Shown: piece by piece, positions 49,064 to 60,014 of the stretch
Layout of the letters: every line of letters starts with the position of its first letter
How positions within the stretch are numbered: the stretch's first letter is position 1
Assembly: GCA_963676565.1 (NCBI GenBank)
Contig: OY781089.1
Location: 2,144,399 to 2,208,398 of the forward strand
DNA length: 64,000 bases
Reading direction: 5' to 3'
Source of the DNA: Halarcobacter sp.
GTDB taxonomy: Bacteria; Campylobacterota; Campylobacteria; Campylobacterales; Arcobacteraceae
Notes under the pieces: model-generated
Databases searched by the model: none
Told to the model about the DNA's origin: nothing
Seen by the model: only the letters and a program-made list of their open reading frames with translations
Position numbers and translations under genes: made by a program

Positions 49064-51309
49064 TAGAATGTTGACCCCAGTGAGAATTCGAAGTTTGATA
49101 TATCATCAGTATCTTCATTATCAATTGGTTGTGCAAATATTAAAGTAAGTGGTCCAAATGGAGATACCCACTCAAATAAAGCACCAGTAGAAGATCTTTG
49201 AATTTCATCAAAACTATCTTCTCCAATCATACCATAATCATAAAATATTCCCCATCTCATTTTCATATCATCAATTAACGGAAAACTAACTTCAAATGAG
49301 TTTGCTGCCATCATTTTATATGGATCCTCTCTATATCCATCTTCGTGAGCAGGGAATGAATAAGACTTATACCCCCTTAATGATTTAGTCCCACCTAAAT
49401 ATAAAGAATCCCCTTGATTGATTTGTCCATTATCAATTAAAAGTTTTGCTTGTATTTTGTATCTAAAGATCCAATCTAAATCAAATCTATCCTCTAATGA
49501 ATAAAATGTTTTTAAATAAGATGAAGATTTAATATATTTTGAATCACCACCAAGTCCTGCATATTCTAAAGACGAACCAGCTTTAAACCCACTAGTTGGA
49601 AAATAAAAGTCATTAGTATTATCAAAGCTAACATAAGGTGTTATTGAACTAGTAATATAATCTTCATCAGTAAATCTATTTGCAGTTGGAACTGTTGATG
49701 TAGACTCATATGTATAATCTTCTGTAATTGAGTCAAATCTATATGTTAACCCCGCTCTTAAGTTTCTAATAATCTCACGACCAACAGAAACAGAAAAACC
49801 ATTTGTTTGTTTATCTAAATCATAAACATCATTATCTATCTCAGTAGTTTGAGCATGAATATCAATCTTCCCACTATATTTACTATCTCTAATTGCTGGA
49901 TTAGTAAGTGACATTGAAAAATCTTGTGTTTTTTCAGAGATATCTCCAGAAAATGAAAAACCAATACCTGAACCAAAAAGGTTTTTTTCATTAAGTGAAC
50001 CACTAACCATTGCTCCATCATATGAACCATATCCTCCACCAATGATAATATTACCTGTTGGGGCTTCTTTCACTTTTACAATTATATCCATTGTATCTGC
50101 TGAAACTCTTTTTTGTTCAATTGATACATCATCAAAGAATCCACTTCTTCTTAACTTATTAATTGAGTCATTATAATCAGTTTGATTGTATAAATCTCCT
50201 GGAGCTAGATAAACATTTCTTCTAATAACTCTATCTAATGTTCTACTATTTCCAGAAATTTTAACATCTCTAATTGTAACAATTTCTCCTGGGACTACAT
50301 TAAAAATGATATCTGCTGTACCATTTTTTTCATCTTTTTTTATATCATAGTTAACTTGTGTAAAAGCATACCCTAAATCTGCAACCATATTTTTAATATA
50401 ATTTGCATCACGTCTTAACATCTTTACATTAAAAACTCTGTCTTTTTTAAGTTTTAATTCTGGATAAATATCTTTTGGATCTAAAATCTCTTGGTTTAAA
50501 TAGATTGTAATTGAGTTAGTTTTATATTGAATACCTTCATCTATATAAAAGTCTAAATCAGCTTGATTTGAAGCAAAATCAACTTCTAAGAATGGATTTT
50601 GAACTTTCGCATCAAGATAACCGTTTTCATAATAAAGTTCTTGAATTCTTCTACTATCATATTTTAATTCTTCAGCTTTTAATTCACCATCATTAAATAT
50701 TGGTAACCAAGAAAGCATCTCTTGTTCTTTATTTGCAGTAACTTTTTCAAATTGACTTGATTCAAGGTTTTTAGAACCAAAATAATTAACTTTTTTAATA
50801 ACTATCTCATCACCTTTATTTACATTAAAAGTAACAGAAATAGCATCTTCACTCAAATTTTCTATATCAACTTCAACAACTGAATTAATATACCCTTCTT
50901 TTTCAAGCTCTTTTAAAAGAGCCTCTTTAGCATCTTTTATTAGTTTTGTAGAATACATTCTACCTTTTTTAATACCAATTTGATTTTTTAGTACTTCAAT
51001 ATCATCTTCTCTTTGTTTGTAGCCTGTTATATCTACATTAGCAATGGAAGGTTTTTCTTTGAAAAGAATTTTAAGTTTTCCATTATTAATTGATGCAGTA
51101 ATATCATCAAAATAGTTGTATTTATAAAACTCTTTTATTGCTTTATTAACCTTATTTGGGTCAAGTTCTTCACCAATTCTAATTCCCAAAGTGTCATTTG
51201 CAATACTTGTAGAGATCTTTGTTAGGTTTACATATTCAATTGAAGTAATTTGCTCAGCTTGAAGTAATGTAGCTAAAGCCATTGAAAATAAGATACTTTT
51301 TCTTTTCAC
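49063..51309 (-). CDS. bamA: Outer membrane protein assembly factor (probable GTG start at 51309)
   Basis: POTRA repeats, GNSRTLDRVIRR, LGGTKSLRGY, WVSPFGPL, C-terminal Phe. Confidence 0.95.
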   Translation of the reverse strand: MKRKSILFSMALATLLQAEQITSIEYVNLTKISTSIANDTLGIRIGEELDPNKVNKAIKEFYKYNYFDDITASINNGKLKILFKEKPSIANVDITGYKQREDDIEVLKNQIGIKKGRMYSTKLIKDAKEALLKELEKEGYINSVVEVDIENLSEDAISVTFNVNKGDEIVIKKVNYFGSKNLESSQFEKVTANKEQEMLSWLPIFNDGELKAEELKYDSRRIQELYYENGYLDAKVQNPFLEVDFASNQADLDFYIDEGIQYKTNSITIYLNQEILDPKDIYPELKLKKDRVFNVKMLRRDANYIKNMVADLGYAFTQVNYDIKKDEKNGTADIIFNVVPGEIVTIRDVKISGNSRTLDRVIRRNVYLAPGDLYNQTDYNDSINKLRRSGFFDDVSIEQKRVSADTMDIIVKVKEAPTGNIIIGGGYGSYDGAMVSGSLNEKNLFGSGIGFSFSGDISEKTQDFSMSLTNPAIRDSKYSGKIDIHAQTTEIDNDVYDLDKQTNGFSVSVGREIIRNLRAGLTYRFDSITEDYTYESTSTVPTANRFTDEDYITSSITPYVSFDNTNDFYFPTSGFKAGSSLEYAGLGGDSKYIKSSSYLKTFYSLEDRFDLDWIFRYKIQAKLLIDNGQINQGDSLYLGGTKSLRGYKSYSFPAHEDGYREDPYKMMAANSFEVSFPLIDDMKMRWGIFYDYGMIGEDSFDEIQRSSTGALFEWVSPFGPLTLIFAQPIDNEDTDDISNFEFSLGSTF

Positions 51310-51420
51310 AGTTATCCTTATTATGCTAAATATTTTAAGCATAAATGTATCTAAATAAACTTTATAGGATGGTTAAGATATAATCTCATCTTTAAAAAAA
51401 TTATTTATAAGGTATTAAAT

Positions 51421-52251
51421 TTGAATATTGGTATTATTGGATTAGGTCTAATGGGAGGTTCATTAGCCAAAGCATTGAAAAAATATTTTATTGCAAAAAA
51501 AATCTTTGGCTATGCAAGAAGTGAAAAATCAAAAAAAGAGATTGAAGAGTTAAATTTAGTTGATGAATTAGTTGATATTGAAACTTTAAAAAAAGAGTGT
51601 GATTTGATCATATTGGCAATCCCTGTTGATAATATTATCTCTTTTCTTCCTGAGTTAGAAGATATTAATAAAAATACTACAATAATGGACTTAGGTTCAA
51701 CTAAAGAGTTTATTATTGAAAATATTCCGTCATCTATAAGAAAAAATTTTATTGCTGCACACCCTATGACAGGAACTGAAAAATCAGGACCCAAAGCAGC
51801 TATTGATGACTTATATGAGGGGAAAACTGTTGTCCTTTGTAATCTAGAAGACAATGATAATCTTCACGTAAATAGGGCATTTAGACTTTTTCAAGAAATA
51901 GGAATGAGAATTGTTGTTATGGATGCAAATGAACATGATGTCCATGCCTGTTATATGTCTCATCTTCCCCATGCAATATCTTTTTCATTGGCTAATACAG
52001 TAATGGACTGTGAAGATCCAAAATCTATTATTGCATTAGCTGCTGGTGGATTTAAAGACATGAGTAGAGTAGCAAAATCAAGTCCTGATATGTGGACAGA
52101 TATTTTTAAACAAAATAAAAAAAATCTTTTAGACTCAATGGAAAAATTTGAAAATCATATGAAAGAAGTGAGAATTATGGTTGAAAATGAAAGATATGAA
52201 GATTTAAAAAAATGGATGGAAAAAGCTAATTCTTTACATGAGATACTTTAA
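51421..52251 (+). CDS. tyrA: Prephenate dehydrogenase
   Basis: GLGLMGGS, DLGSTK, HPMTGTE, SHLPH, AGGFKDMSRVA. Confidence 0.93.
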   Translation: MNIGIIGLGLMGGSLAKALKKYFIAKKIFGYARSEKSKKEIEELNLVDELVDIETLKKECDLIILAIPVDNIISFLPELEDINKNTTIMDLGSTKEFIIENIPSSIRKNFIAAHPMTGTEKSGPKAAIDDLYEGKTVVLCNLEDNDNLHVNRAFRLFQEIGMRIVVMDANEHDVHACYMSHLPHAISFSLANTVMDCEDPKSIIALAAGGFKDMSRVAKSSPDMWTDIFKQNKKNLLDSMEKFENHMKEVRIMVENERYEDLKKWMEKANSLHEIL

Positions 52252-52252
52252 T

Positions 52253-53062
52253 TTAAAGTATCTCAGCACTATTTATTGCTTCAAAAACCTTTATAGCTTG
52301 ATAATGCTCTTTTACATCATGACATCTAATAATAGAAGCTTCATTTTTAATAGATTCAAGGTGAATTGCTAAAGTACCAGGTAATCTTTCCTCTGTTATA
52401 GCAGGGCAAATCATATTTATCATAGATTTTCTACTTGCTCCCACTAATAATTCATAACCAAAATGTTTAAAATGTTTTAGATTTTTTATTAGTTGTAGAT
52501 TATGATCAAGTGTTTTACCAAAACCTATTCCCACATCAAGAACGATATCTTTTACACCAAAGTGTTTTGCTTTTTCAATTCTTTGTTTAAAAAAATTATC
52601 TATATCTAAAACTACATTTTCATATTTAGGATTATTTTGCATATTTAAAGGGTCTTTTTGCATATGCATTATTACAGCAGTAGCATTATATTTTGCACTT
52701 ATCTTACAAACTTCATTATTTTGAAGTCCAGTAATATCATTTACAATTTTAAAACCTCTATCTAAGGCATATTCTAAAACTTTTGGTTCATAAGAATCTA
52801 GGGAAAATAAAGCTTTTTCATAAAGTTTTTGTTCATAAATTAAATCAATTATAGGTTTTACCCTTAATAATTCTTCATCTGCAGATACAGGTATTGAGCC
52901 AGGTTTACTAGAAACTCCACCTAAATCTATTATATTTGCCTTATCTTCAATCATCTGTTCTATTTTGATAATGGCATTTTTACCTTCAAATCTACTATTT
53001 TGGAAAAATGAGTCTTCATTTGCATTGACAACACCCATTATTTTTGTTTTTGTATAATTCAT
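52253..53062 (-). CDS. folP: Dihydropteroate synthase (short form)
   Basis: MGVVNANEDSF, DLGGVSSKPG, DVGIGFGK, GASRKS, IRCHDV. Confidence 0.94.
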   Translation of the reverse strand: MNYTKTKIMGVVNANEDSFFQNSRFEGKNAIIKIEQMIEDKANIIDLGGVSSKPGSIPVSADEELLRVKPIIDLIYEQKLYEKALFSLDSYEPKVLEYALDRGFKIVNDITGLQNNEVCKISAKYNATAVIMHMQKDPLNMQNNPKYENVVLDIDNFFKQRIEKAKHFGVKDIVLDVGIGFGKTLDHNLQLIKNLKHFKHFGYELLVGASRKSMINMICPAITEERLPGTLAIHLESIKNEASIIRCHDVKEHYQAIKVFEAINSAEIL

Positions 53063-53694
53063 CTAAAATCTTTTTCTCTATTTAAAAGCATTAAAAGTAA
53101 AGTTGTTAAAACATTAATAGGTCTTGAATTTAAATCTAATAGTTTAATAGATTTAGAAAATAGTTCAAGTTCTTTTTGACTTAATTTAATTTTTTGGGAA
53201 TTAACTTTAAATAAAATTGTTTCAACTATTTTTTTTGCGTCATTTTTATTTATTCTTTGATTCTCTTTTAAAAATACATATAATTCTTTTAAATCTAATC
53301 TGGAAATATCCATATCAATTTCATTTCTTGAGATACTTCTTTTTAAAAACTTATGGGGAATTCTTGAAAAGATAGTTGGTAAAATTGAAGATTTGGAATT
53401 TGTAATAATTATAAATACAATATTTGTAGGTGGTTCTTCAAGAACTTTTAGCAAAGAGTTTTGAGCTTCACTTCTAAAAGTTTTACCACATAGAATTATA
53501 TACTTCTTTTCATTTGATGAGATATATGCTTCTTTAACAGCTAAGTTTGCTTGAGCCAATAGAAACTCATCTTTTTCTTCATTTCTAATAACTCTAATTT
53601 GATGTTTAGGATAATGAGTAACTAAAGAGTTTAAAGTCTCATCAATATCATTAACTATTAAAATATGTGGAGTTTCAATTTTATTTTCTATCAT
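53059..53694 (-). CDS. holB: DNA polymerase III subunit delta'
   Basis: AQNSLLKVLEEPP, ILPTIFSR. Confidence 0.9.
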   Translation of the reverse strand: MIENKIETPHILIVNDIDETLNSLVTHYPKHQIRVIRNEEKDEFLLAQANLAVKEAYISSNEKKYIILCGKTFRSEAQNSLLKVLEEPPTNIVFIIITNSKSSILPTIFSRIPHKFLKRSISRNEIDMDISRLDLKELYVFLKENQRINKNDAKKIVETILFKVNSQKIKLSQKELELFSKSIKLLDLNSRPINVLTTLLLMLLNREKDFR

Positions 53695-54245
53695 TAATGC
53701 TCTACGTTAATCTCTGCAAAAAGTGCAGCATTTAAAGTTTTGTCATATAATCTAAACATCTGTAATAGTTTCATATCTAAAGCCTCATCACTTGTTTTTA
53801 AATTAAAAGCATCTTGTATCTCTTCATCAAAAATCCAAAGAAATGAATTTTTTGAAAATTTAGGTAAATTGGCTCTTATATCATTACTTTTCCCAATATA
53901 CCAAAAACAATAGCCATTTGGGAAAGAGATATTTAACATATCTTTTATAAAGCTAATATCATCTTCAGTTTTCAAATCATCTAAATCTTTATAAAATGAT
54001 TTAAAATTATAAAAGGGTAGAAATGGTCTATTTTTTCTATTTGAATTTAGATTAGTTAAAATATATTTCAAAAACCAGTCTCTCTCACTATCTGTGATAA
54101 TAAGTACAGAACATCCTTTTTCGAATATATTTACTATTGATTTAGAAACTAAAGGAACCCATTCATATTTTTTTTCCTCTAGCCAAGGGGAGATAAGTCT
54201 ATCTTCCCTTATGGTATCCACTGTCCAATTTAAAAATTCTTGCAC
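53694..54245 (-). CDS. hobA: DnaA-binding initiation regulator
   Basis: WTVDTIRED, WLEEKKYEW, TDSERDWF, RPFLP, LQMFRL pattern; position between lysC and holB. Confidence 0.88.
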   Translation of the reverse strand: MQEFLNWTVDTIREDRLISPWLEEKKYEWVPLVSKSIVNIFEKGCSVLIITDSERDWFLKYILTNLNSNRKNRPFLPFYNFKSFYKDLDDLKTEDDISFIKDMLNISFPNGYCFWYIGKSNDIRANLPKFSKNSFLWIFDEEIQDAFNLKTSDEALDMKLLQMFRLYDKTLNAALFAEINVEH

Positions 54246-54255
54246 TATTTATTAC

Positions 54256-55467
54256 CTATTTATCCAAGTTATATGCATCATGTAAAACTCTTACAGCCAA
54301 TTCAGCATATTTTTCCTCAATGATTACAGAAATTTTAATTTCAGAAGTAGAAATTATTCTAATATTAATATTTTCATTTGCAAGTGCAGTAAAAGCTTTT
54401 GATGCAACACCTGTATGTGATTTCATACCAACACCAACAATTGAAACCTTACAGATTTTATCATTGTAATCAATATTTCCAACTTCATCTTTAAAAGTTT
54501 CCATAACATCTTTACAAATTTCCCAATCAGTAGTAGGAATAGTGAAGTCTAAATCAGTTTTACCGTCAACACCAACTGTTTGTACAATCATATCAACGTT
54601 GATTTTTGCATCTGCAAGAGCAGTAAAGATTGTTGAAGCGATACCTGGTCTATCTGTTACTCCATACATACCAACTCTTACTTGGTTTCTATCTAATGCA
54701 ATACCACTCACTACTGGTTTTTCCATAATATTTTCTTCCTTAGTTATTAATGTTCCTTCAACCTCAGGCGTGAAGCTACTCCTTGAAACTAAATTTACAT
54801 TTAGTTTTTTTGCCATTTCAACAGATCTGTTTTGTAAAACTTTTGCACCAGCACTTGCTAACTCTAACATCTCATCATAAGAGATTTCTTCAAGTTTTTT
54901 TGCCTTTGGTTCTATTCTTGGATCTGTTGTATAAATTCCATCAACATCTGTATAAATTTCACAAACATCCGCTTCTATTGCTCCAGCTATTGCAACAGCA
55001 GTTAAATCACTTCCACCTCGACCTAGTGTTGATACTCTACTTGTATCCATTGTAACACCTTGAAAACCTGCAACAATGATGATTTTCCCATCACTAATTG
55101 CTTTTTTCATACTTGTCGTATCAATTGATTCAATTCTAGCTTTCATATGAGCATTATCTGTAACAATACCAGCTTCTCTTCCACTCATAGAGGTAGCTTT
55201 GTAACCTTGTTCATTTAATGCAATTGAAAGTAGTGCAGAAGTAACTCTTTCTCCTGAACTTAAAAGCATATCCACTTCATCTGCTTTAGGAGTTTTTGAA
55301 TAATACTCAGCATATTCAATTAATTTATTTGTTTCACCACTCATTGCAGATACTACTGCAATAACATCATGACCTTCATCTCTGATTTTTTTAATAATCT
55401 CAGCAACATTTTGAATTCTTTCTAATGTTCCTACACTTGTTCCACCAAATTTTAAAACTTTTAACAT
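54256..55467 (-). CDS. lysC: Aspartate kinase
   Basis: KFGGTSVG, VVSAMSG, TLGRGGSD, YTDVDG; two ACT domains. Confidence 0.96.
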   Translation of the reverse strand: MLKVLKFGGTSVGTLERIQNVAEIIKKIRDEGHDVIAVVSAMSGETNKLIEYAEYYSKTPKADEVDMLLSSGERVTSALLSIALNEQGYKATSMSGREAGIVTDNAHMKARIESIDTTSMKKAISDGKIIIVAGFQGVTMDTSRVSTLGRGGSDLTAVAIAGAIEADVCEIYTDVDGIYTTDPRIEPKAKKLEEISYDEMLELASAGAKVLQNRSVEMAKKLNVNLVSRSSFTPEVEGTLITKEENIMEKPVVSGIALDRNQVRVGMYGVTDRPGIASTIFTALADAKINVDMIVQTVGVDGKTDLDFTIPTTDWEICKDVMETFKDEVGNIDYNDKICKVSIVGVGMKSHTGVASKAFTALANENINIRIISTSEIKISVIIEEKYAELAVRVLHDAYNLDK

Positions 55468-55483
55468 CTAATTTTACTAACCT

Positions 55484-55981
55484 TTAAATATAACCTTCTT
55501 TTTTAAAGTACTTTAAAACTTGTTTGTATACAGTTCTTTTAAAAAAAGTTATGTAATTATATATATTTTTTGTAGCTACAAATTTATATTCACTAAACTC
55601 AGGGACGTGAGTATTAATGTTTATTTTTGCGCCTTTTTTTAATTTAACTAAATAATACTTCTGAATTTGTCCATCAAATGGGTACATTTTCTTCGCGATT
55701 GAAGGAGGGAAGTCATAACTAACCCATTGGGGGTACTCTGCAATTATTTCAATCTCTCTTGTTCCAATCTCTTCTTCAAGCTCTCTAAATAAAGCCTGCC
55801 TTGGTGATTCTCCATCATCAATCCCACCTTGGGGGAATTGCCATGCATTATCTACATCAGTTCTTGAAGCAATAAAAACTTCACATTTTTCAGGGTATTT
55901 TGCTGATAGTACTATTGCCGCTACATTTGGTCTATACTTTTTCTTTTCTTTACTTAATTCGTCATTTTTTTTATCAGTCAT
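55484..55981 (-). CDS. rppH: RNA pyrophosphohydrolase (start taken at MTDKK)
   Basis: YRPNVAA, WQFPQGGID, Nudix box RELEEEIG. Confidence 0.94.
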   Translation of the reverse strand: MTDKKNDELSKEKKKYRPNVAAIVLSAKYPEKCEVFIASRTDVDNAWQFPQGGIDDGESPRQALFRELEEEIGTREIEIIAEYPQWVSYDFPPSIAKKMYPFDGQIQKYYLVKLKKGAKININTHVPEFSEYKFVATKNIYNYITFFKRTVYKQVLKYFKKEGYI

Positions 55982-56036
55982 AAATAATATTTCCCTTATA
56001 ATTAGCCGCATATTATAATAAAACTAGGATTAAAAA

Positions 56037-57101
56037 TTGCTTTTATACTTACACATTCCATTTTGCGATTCTAAATGCCACTATTGCGCATTTAACTCAT
56101 ATACAGATAGATTTCATCTAAAAAAAGAGTATATGAAAGCATTAGAAAAACAACTAAAATATGAACTTGAAAAAAATATGGGTAAAAATCAATTTTTACA
56201 AACAGTTTTTTTTGGAGGAGGTACTCCAAGCACTGTAAAAATTGAAGATTATGAAAATATTTTTAAATTAATAAATAAATATAAAACAGAAAATACAGAG
56301 ATTACAACAGAGTGTAATCCAAATTCAGCTTCTTTAAAATGGCTTCAAGGAATGAAAGATTATGGAGTCAATAGAATAAGTTTTGGAGTACAAAGTTTTG
56401 ACGATAACAAGTTAAAAAAGTTAAATCGTGCGCATAATGCAAAAGGAGCAATAACTGCTATACAAAATGCTTCTTGTATAGGTTTTAATAGAATTAACTG
56501 TGATATAATTTATGGAGTTCAAGGTGATAGTTTTGATTCATTAAAAAATGATTTTGATACTATTTTTTCTTTACCAATTGATCATATAAGTGCTTATTCT
56601 TTAACCTTAGAAGAGGGAACAAAATTTTTTAATAAATCTGAAATAAAAATTGATGATGAAGAGTTATCATATAAGATATTTAAATATTTAAAAAATAATG
56701 GTTTCAATCAATATGAAATCTCTAATTTTTCAAAAACAAAAGAAAGTGAATCAAGACATAATTTTGGCTATTGGGAACATAAAAACTATATTGGTGTTGG
56801 TGCTGGAGCTGTTGGTTGTGTAAATAAAGTTAGGTATTATCCTAATAAGCTAATAGAAGAGTACATTTCAAACCCTTGTGAATATGAAATTGAACATTTA
56901 AGTGATGAGGATGTTATTGTTGAAAAAGTATTATTAGGTCTTAGGTGCTCAAATGGGTTTAACATTAATATATTAGATGAAAATCAAAAAATAAAAGTAA
57001 AAGAATTAATAGATAATAAAAAACTTACATTAATAGATGATAATATTTATAATAAAAACTTTCTTTTAGCAGATGAATTGGCACTTTATATCCTAGAGTA
57101 A
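56037..57101 (+). CDS. hemW: Radical SAM heme chaperone
   Basis: HIPFCDSKCHYCAF, GGGTPS, YEISNF, HNFGYW. Confidence 0.9.
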   Translation: MLLYLHIPFCDSKCHYCAFNSYTDRFHLKKEYMKALEKQLKYELEKNMGKNQFLQTVFFGGGTPSTVKIEDYENIFKLINKYKTENTEITTECNPNSASLKWLQGMKDYGVNRISFGVQSFDDNKLKKLNRAHNAKGAITAIQNASCIGFNRINCDIIYGVQGDSFDSLKNDFDTIFSLPIDHISAYSLTLEEGTKFFNKSEIKIDDEELSYKIFKYLKNNGFNQYEISNFSKTKESESRHNFGYWEHKNYIGVGAGAVGCVNKVRYYPNKLIEEYISNPCEYEIEHLSDEDVIVEKVLLGLRCSNGFNINILDENQKIKVKELIDNKKLTLIDDNIYNKNFLLADELALYILE

Positions 57102-57146
57102 TCTATTTTTGACTATAATTGCATCTTTTATAAAAGGTAAATATAA

Positions 57147-57971
57147 ATGACTATAAAAGAGTGTGTTAGAAAATATTCACAGGAATTAAAATTTGTAACT
57201 CATATTCCAGCAAAAGAGGTTGAGATATTAATTGGATATCTACTTGATAAAAATCCAATTTGGCTACATCTTAACTATAATAATGAGTTTGAAAAAGAAA
57301 AAGAGTTAAAAAAACTAGTATCTAAAAGAGCAACAAACTATCCTTTGGAGTATTTAATAAAAAAAGCTTCATTTTATGGAGAGAATTTTGTTGTTAGAGA
57401 AAATGTATTAATCCCTAGACCAGAAACTGAACTTTTAGTAGATAATGCTATTGAGATATTAAAAAATCAAAAATCAAAAATCAAAGTATTAGAAATAGGA
57501 ACTGGTTCTGGAATAATTTCTGTTATGTTAGCAAAACTAATAGAAAATATTGAAATTATAGCAGTTGATATAAATGAAGATGCATTATCCCTTGCAAAGG
57601 AGAATGCAAAAAAACATAATGTTGAAGAAAAAATAGATTTTAGATTGAGTGATCTATATGAAAATGTAGCTGAAAATGATATTTTTATGACGATTTCAAA
57701 TCCTCCTTACATAGCAGATGATTATAAACTTCCTGAAAATGTAAAGTATGAACCAAAAAATGCACTTTTTGGAGGAAAAGTAGGGGATGAACTTTTAAAA
57801 AAGATTATAGATGAAACTTATAATAAAGATATTCTTTATCTTTTATGCGAAATGGGTTATGATCAAAAAGAACCTTTAACAAAATATTTTAAATCGTTAA
57901 AGTTAAATGACTTTAATTTCTACAAAGATTATGAAGAGTTTGATAGAGGTTTCACTTTAAAATTAAAATAA
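57147..57971 (+). CDS. prmC: Release factor glutamine methyltransferase
   Basis: LIPRPETE, EIGTGSG, SNPPY. Confidence 0.95.
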   Translation: MTIKECVRKYSQELKFVTHIPAKEVEILIGYLLDKNPIWLHLNYNNEFEKEKELKKLVSKRATNYPLEYLIKKASFYGENFVVRENVLIPRPETELLVDNAIEILKNQKSKIKVLEIGTGSGIISVMLAKLIENIEIIAVDINEDALSLAKENAKKHNVEEKIDFRLSDLYENVAENDIFMTISNPPYIADDYKLPENVKYEPKNALFGGKVGDELLKKIIDETYNKDILYLLCEMGYDQKEPLTKYFKSLKLNDFNFYKDYEEFDRGFTLKLK

Positions 57972-57992
57972 ATTAAAAAATAGGAGTAATAA

Positions 57993-59960
57993 ATGTTTAA
58001 TGAATTTAATATAAGTAATTTAGAAAATGCAAAAAGTAATTTAGAAGTATTGTTAACAACAAGTAAAAATGAAATTGATGAACTTTTAAAAATTGAAAAT
58101 AAAACATATGATAATTTTGTAAAACCATATGAAGAAATAGGGGAGAGGGTAAATGAATTTTTAACACCAATTTTTCATATTGATTCTGTTAAAAATTCAG
58201 AAATAACGACAAAAGTGTATGAAGAGTGCCTTCCTTTAATCTCAGATTATGAAACTGTGATATCTCAAAATGATAATATTTATAGGTCTTTAAAAGATAT
58301 ACAAGATAACTATAGTACCTCTTTAAATGATATACAAAAAAAAGTACTTGAAAATGAAATTAGAGATTTTAAATTAAGTGGATGTCATTTAAATAATGAA
58401 AAAAAAGATAGACTTAAAGAGTTAAATTTAAAACTTAGTGAACTATCTCATAAGTTTTCGCACAACCTTTTAAATGCAACAAATAGTTATGAAATGATTA
58501 TTGATAATTATGAAGATGTTAAAGAGTTACCACAGTCAGATTTAGCTTTAGCTAAGTTTGAAGAGGATGGAATAACTAAATATAAATTCACACTTCAAAT
58601 GCCATCTTATTTAGCATATATTACATACGGTTCAAATAGAGAAAAAAGAGAAGAAATTTATAAAGCTTATTGCACAAGAGCACCTGAAAATGGAAAAATT
58701 ATTGAAGAGATATTAAAACTAAAATATGAAAAAGTAAATATTTTAGGTTTTGATAATTATGCACAATATTCACTTTCTACAAAAATGGCTAAAACAGAAG
58801 AAGAAGTTGTTGAATTTTTAGAAGAATTAGCTTTAAAAGGGAAAGGCAAAGCAAAAGAAGAATTAAAAGAATTAGAAGAGTATGCAAAAGAAGATGGTAT
58901 TTTTGAGCTTAAAAGTTATGATTTAGCATACTATAGCGAAAAACTAAAAGAAGCTAAATATGAAATTGACCAAGAATACTATAGACCATTTTTTGAGCAA
59001 AACTCTGTATTAAATGGATTTTTTAATTTCTTAAATGAAGTATTTAATATAAAATTCACACTTACAAATGCAAATGCATGGGATAGTACAGTTAATGTAT
59101 ACGATATAAGTGAAGATGGAAAAGTTATTGCTAGAATTTATGTGGATTTACAAGCAAGAAAAGACAAAAGAGGGGGTGCATGGATGAATAATTGGCACTC
59201 TTACTATATAAACTCGGATGGGAAAGAGCAACTGCCAACTGCTTATATTGTTGGTAATTTCCCACCTGCTAAAGATGATACTCCATCATTGTTAAGACAT
59301 GATGATGTTGTTACACTATTTCATGAGATGGGACATGCCCTACACCATCTTTTAAGTAAAGTTCCTGAAGCACTTGTTAGTGGTATTTCTGGTGTTGCAT
59401 GGGATGTTGTAGAGTTCCCGTCACAATTTTTAGAATATTTTGCTTATGATAAAGAGGTTTTAAAACTATTTGCAAAACATTATGAAACAGGAGAAGTTTT
59501 AAGTGATGAAGCTATTAATAGAATTATCAATGCAAAGAATTTTCAATCATCTCTTGGAATGTTAAGACAAGTTGAATTTGCATTATTCGATTTTAAATTG
59601 CATCAAAAACTATATGAAACAGAAGATGAAGTTCAAGAAGTGTTAGATAATGTAAGAAAAAAAGTATCAGTTATAACTCCCCCAGAATATAACAAATTTC
59701 AAAATGGTTTTAGCCATATATTTGCAGGAGGTTATGCAGCAGGATATTATTCATATAAATGGGCTGAAGTGTTAAGTGCTGACGCTTTTTACATGTTTAT
59801 TGATTCAGGAAAAGTATTAAATAAAGACTTAGCTGTTAAGTATAAAAATACAATTTTAAAAAATGGAGGGTCAAAAGATATGGACAAACTATTCTTTGAA
59901 CTTACAAATAGAGAACCAAGTGTTGATTCTTTATTAAAAATTGATGGAATTATTAGTTAA
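57993..59960 (+). CDS. prlC: M3 family oligopeptidase A
   Basis: HEMGHALH, VEFPSQF, FSHIFAGGYAAGYYSYKWAE. Confidence 0.92.
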   Translation: MFNEFNISNLENAKSNLEVLLTTSKNEIDELLKIENKTYDNFVKPYEEIGERVNEFLTPIFHIDSVKNSEITTKVYEECLPLISDYETVISQNDNIYRSLKDIQDNYSTSLNDIQKKVLENEIRDFKLSGCHLNNEKKDRLKELNLKLSELSHKFSHNLLNATNSYEMIIDNYEDVKELPQSDLALAKFEEDGITKYKFTLQMPSYLAYITYGSNREKREEIYKAYCTRAPENGKIIEEILKLKYEKVNILGFDNYAQYSLSTKMAKTEEEVVEFLEELALKGKGKAKEELKELEEYAKEDGIFELKSYDLAYYSEKLKEAKYEIDQEYYRPFFEQNSVLNGFFNFLNEVFNIKFTLTNANAWDSTVNVYDISEDGKVIARIYVDLQARKDKRGGAWMNNWHSYYINSDGKEQLPTAYIVGNFPPAKDDTPSLLRHDDVVTLFHEMGHALHHLLSKVPEALVSGISGVAWDVVEFPSQFLEYFAYDKEVLKLFAKHYETGEVLSDEAINRIINAKNFQSSLGMLRQVEFALFDFKLHQKLYETEDEVQEVLDNVRKKVSVITPPEYNKFQNGFSHIFAGGYAAGYYSYKWAEVLSADAFYMFIDSGKVLNKDLAVKYKNTILKNGGSKDMDKLFFELTNREPSVDSLLKIDGIIS

Positions 59961-60014
59961 TTTTTGTAATAATATGGCTTTTAAATCATATGAAAAATTA
60001 TAAGGAATATGTAA

